From Kipferlia bialata (taxonomy: Eukaryota): a stretch of DNA of 54,815 bases. The stretch lies in NCBI GenBank assembly GCA_003568945.1, contig BDIP01000003.1, forward strand, positions 1 to 54,815, written 5' to 3'. The notes beneath the pieces are model-generated. The model did not search any database and was not told the DNA's origin. It was given only the letters and a program-made list of their open reading frames with translations. This document shows positions 52,810 to 54,815 of the stretch, piece after piece. The position numbers and the translations under genes were made by a program. The number at the start of each line of letters is the position of its first letter. Positions within the stretch are counted from its first letter, which is position 1.

Positions 52810-53404
52810 ACAGTGAGACATTCACATTTAGAGAGAGGGAATGGGAGACAGAGAGACAGATGCCTATCTTGTCATGGCAGAAGCCAGGGATTTAGACTCC
52901 GTCGCAGAACAATTGCCAGACCTCTTGGTCTAGTGTTGCAGATACGGTCGGAGCTCTATCCCTCGAAGGAACTCTGCAATCGAGTCTGGCTGAGTATCAT
53001 ATCCTTGCAACCCTCACTTCGTTGAACGTAGTTCGGTCACTCAATGATTTACCGACTGTCAGATACTGTCATATACAATTAACGTTAATATTCAAATAGA
53101 ACGGAGGCTCTATTGTTGGTCAGCCTATACGACATTGCCTCTTACGAAACCTCTCTCACACTCTCTCTCACACTCACTTGTACTTGGAGAGGAATCCCAG
53201 GAGTGGTCCTTTCATCTATATCATATTATGGTATACATTTTTTCCATTATGGATTCAATACATGTATTCTGTACACACTGTACAGAGTCTATATAATATA
53301 TATATGATCTATATAGAATCTATATACAAATATATAAATAGTTCGGTCAAGCTGTCAGTAGGTACGGTGATGAAGCAACAACCGTCTTTTCATTCCGATT
53401 TCTG

Positions 53405-53875
53405 TTTCTGACTGAGGTTTTTCATATTGGGTGTGAAAAGGGTGTAGAGTGAGCTGATGTCAGTTGACACTCGAGCCCAGTCTCTCTCCACCACTGGGTG
53501 ATGGGAGTGGATGCGTTGTTCTGCGTGAGGGACCTAACCTGATATATAACCTGACTAATACATGTTCAGTGACTATTAGTATTTTTTGACTTGGTGGTGA
53601 AAGGGTTTAGAGCTCTATTCACTCATTTGACACGCCTATGGACGGTCTCTCTCTCCACCACTGGGTGATGGGAGTGGATGCGTTGTTCTGTGTGAGACCT
53701 AACCTGATAAATACCTGACTAATAGTCACTGACTATTCTTGTATTTTTTGACTTGATGGAGAAAGGGTTTGAGCTCTACTTCTCACTTTGACAGTGTCAA
53801 TGACACCCATGGACGGTCTCTCTTTTCATCTCCACTGGGTGATGGGAGTGGATGCGTTGTTCTGTGTGAGGGACA
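53405..53875 (+). repeat. Three diverged tandem copies of a ~170-bp unit covering upstream region and start of exon 1
   Basis: ccactgggtgatgggagtggatgcgttgttctg occurs at ~53491, ~53657 and ~53832, each preceded by gaaagggt..gag-like sequence. Confidence 0.85.
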
Positions 53876-54815
53876 TACCCAGCACGGGGGACAGGTGTGT
53901 GGCTGCATGTACATGGGTGTCTCGGTAATCGGAGTGAGATTTCGTAACTGTTGTGTGTATATGTACATATACTAACAATAGGGTCTTCCTCAGCACTGGT
54001 AACTGGGCTGCACTGTGGAAGGCACAGCTGCTCTCTGCCACGACCCTGACCAACCTGCATCCTGCTCTGCACCCTGTACTGAAGGAGTGCACAGTAGTAG
54101 TATGTCCAGGTATGTACTCTACCACTATACTATGCCCCACATCTAGTATATATATGTAGCATATACATACACTATATACGCATGTGTATATGTACTGCAC
54201 CCTGTACTGAAGGAGTGCACAGTAGTAGTATGTCCAGGTATGTGTACTATTCTATAGTATATATATGTAGCTTATACATACACTATATACGCATGTGTAT
54301 ATGCACTGCACCCTGTACTGAAGGAGTGCACAGTGGTAGTATGTCCAGGTACAAAGTGTGTATGTATATATATATATATATAGTGTATTTATAGTGTATA
54401 TATAGTGCATATACTATGCCCCACATTGCACCCTGTACCCTGGGACGTAGCTCTCTCTTTCTCTCTATCTCTCCATATTTATCAGAGGCAGTGTATTTAT
54501 GGTAGCCCTTGGCCTCAGCGCATGTATCGACGACATTTCATATTTTGCCTTTTTTTCTCTCTCTCTCCCCCCCCTCTCTCTCTCCCTGTATATAGATTTG
54601 TATACCTATATATACATCAGTATATGTGCTCTAACCCTAGGTCTTAGGGCCCGTATACATAGCATGCCGAGGGAGAGGATACTCTCTCTCTCTCTCAATA
54701 TATATAATCCTATATATGTATGCTAACCCTAGGTCTTAGGGCCCGTATCCATGCTATGCCGAGAGAGAGGATAGCTGCATCATTCAGAGCACTGGCTGGG
54801 ATGTGCAGAAGGCTG
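53809..54815 (+). CDS. Hypothetical protein, 5' part (runs off the window)
   Basis: MDGLSFHLHWVMGVDALFCVRDIPSTGD|RVFLSTGNWAALWKAQLL...ECTVVVCP|GLRARIHAMPRERIAASF..., in phase. Confidence 0.55.

Noticed and set aside
1..54815. Transposase/RT ORFs, tRNA or rRNA genes
   Set aside because: None recognised by eye; degenerate elements cannot be excluded.

Overview
Eukaryotic, very intron-rich protist DNA. Introns are GT-AG with the branch point right next to the acceptor (YTNAC-N2-5-AG, e.g. ctcacccccag). With a Giardia-type cyst-wall-protein homologue present, this suggests a free-living fornicate such as Kipferlia bialata (inference). Genes were spliced by hand and named from recalled family motifs; no searches were run. 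They include SF3B5, a dynein light intermediate chain, a SAM methyltransferase, a tandem-CH protein, a dynein heavy chain N-terminus, a low-complexity protein with an SRI-like end, and an ankyrin exon. Further on are a bacterial-type DsbA/HCCA-isomerase gene with many introns, a giant CWP-like secreted protein, an RI-type LRR gene, WW-domain and S9 peptidase fragments, and a DMT transporter. The most striking signal is a systematic set of 'exon echoes'. Truncated copies of exon starts (with acceptor) lie upstream of the complete exon, and truncated copies of exon ends (with donor) lie downstream. Many differ from the complete exon mostly at synonymous sites, for example 10 of 10 differences in one 22-codon echo. 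Three abrupt joins of unrelated genes at homopolymer or microsatellite tracts may be assembly misjoins.
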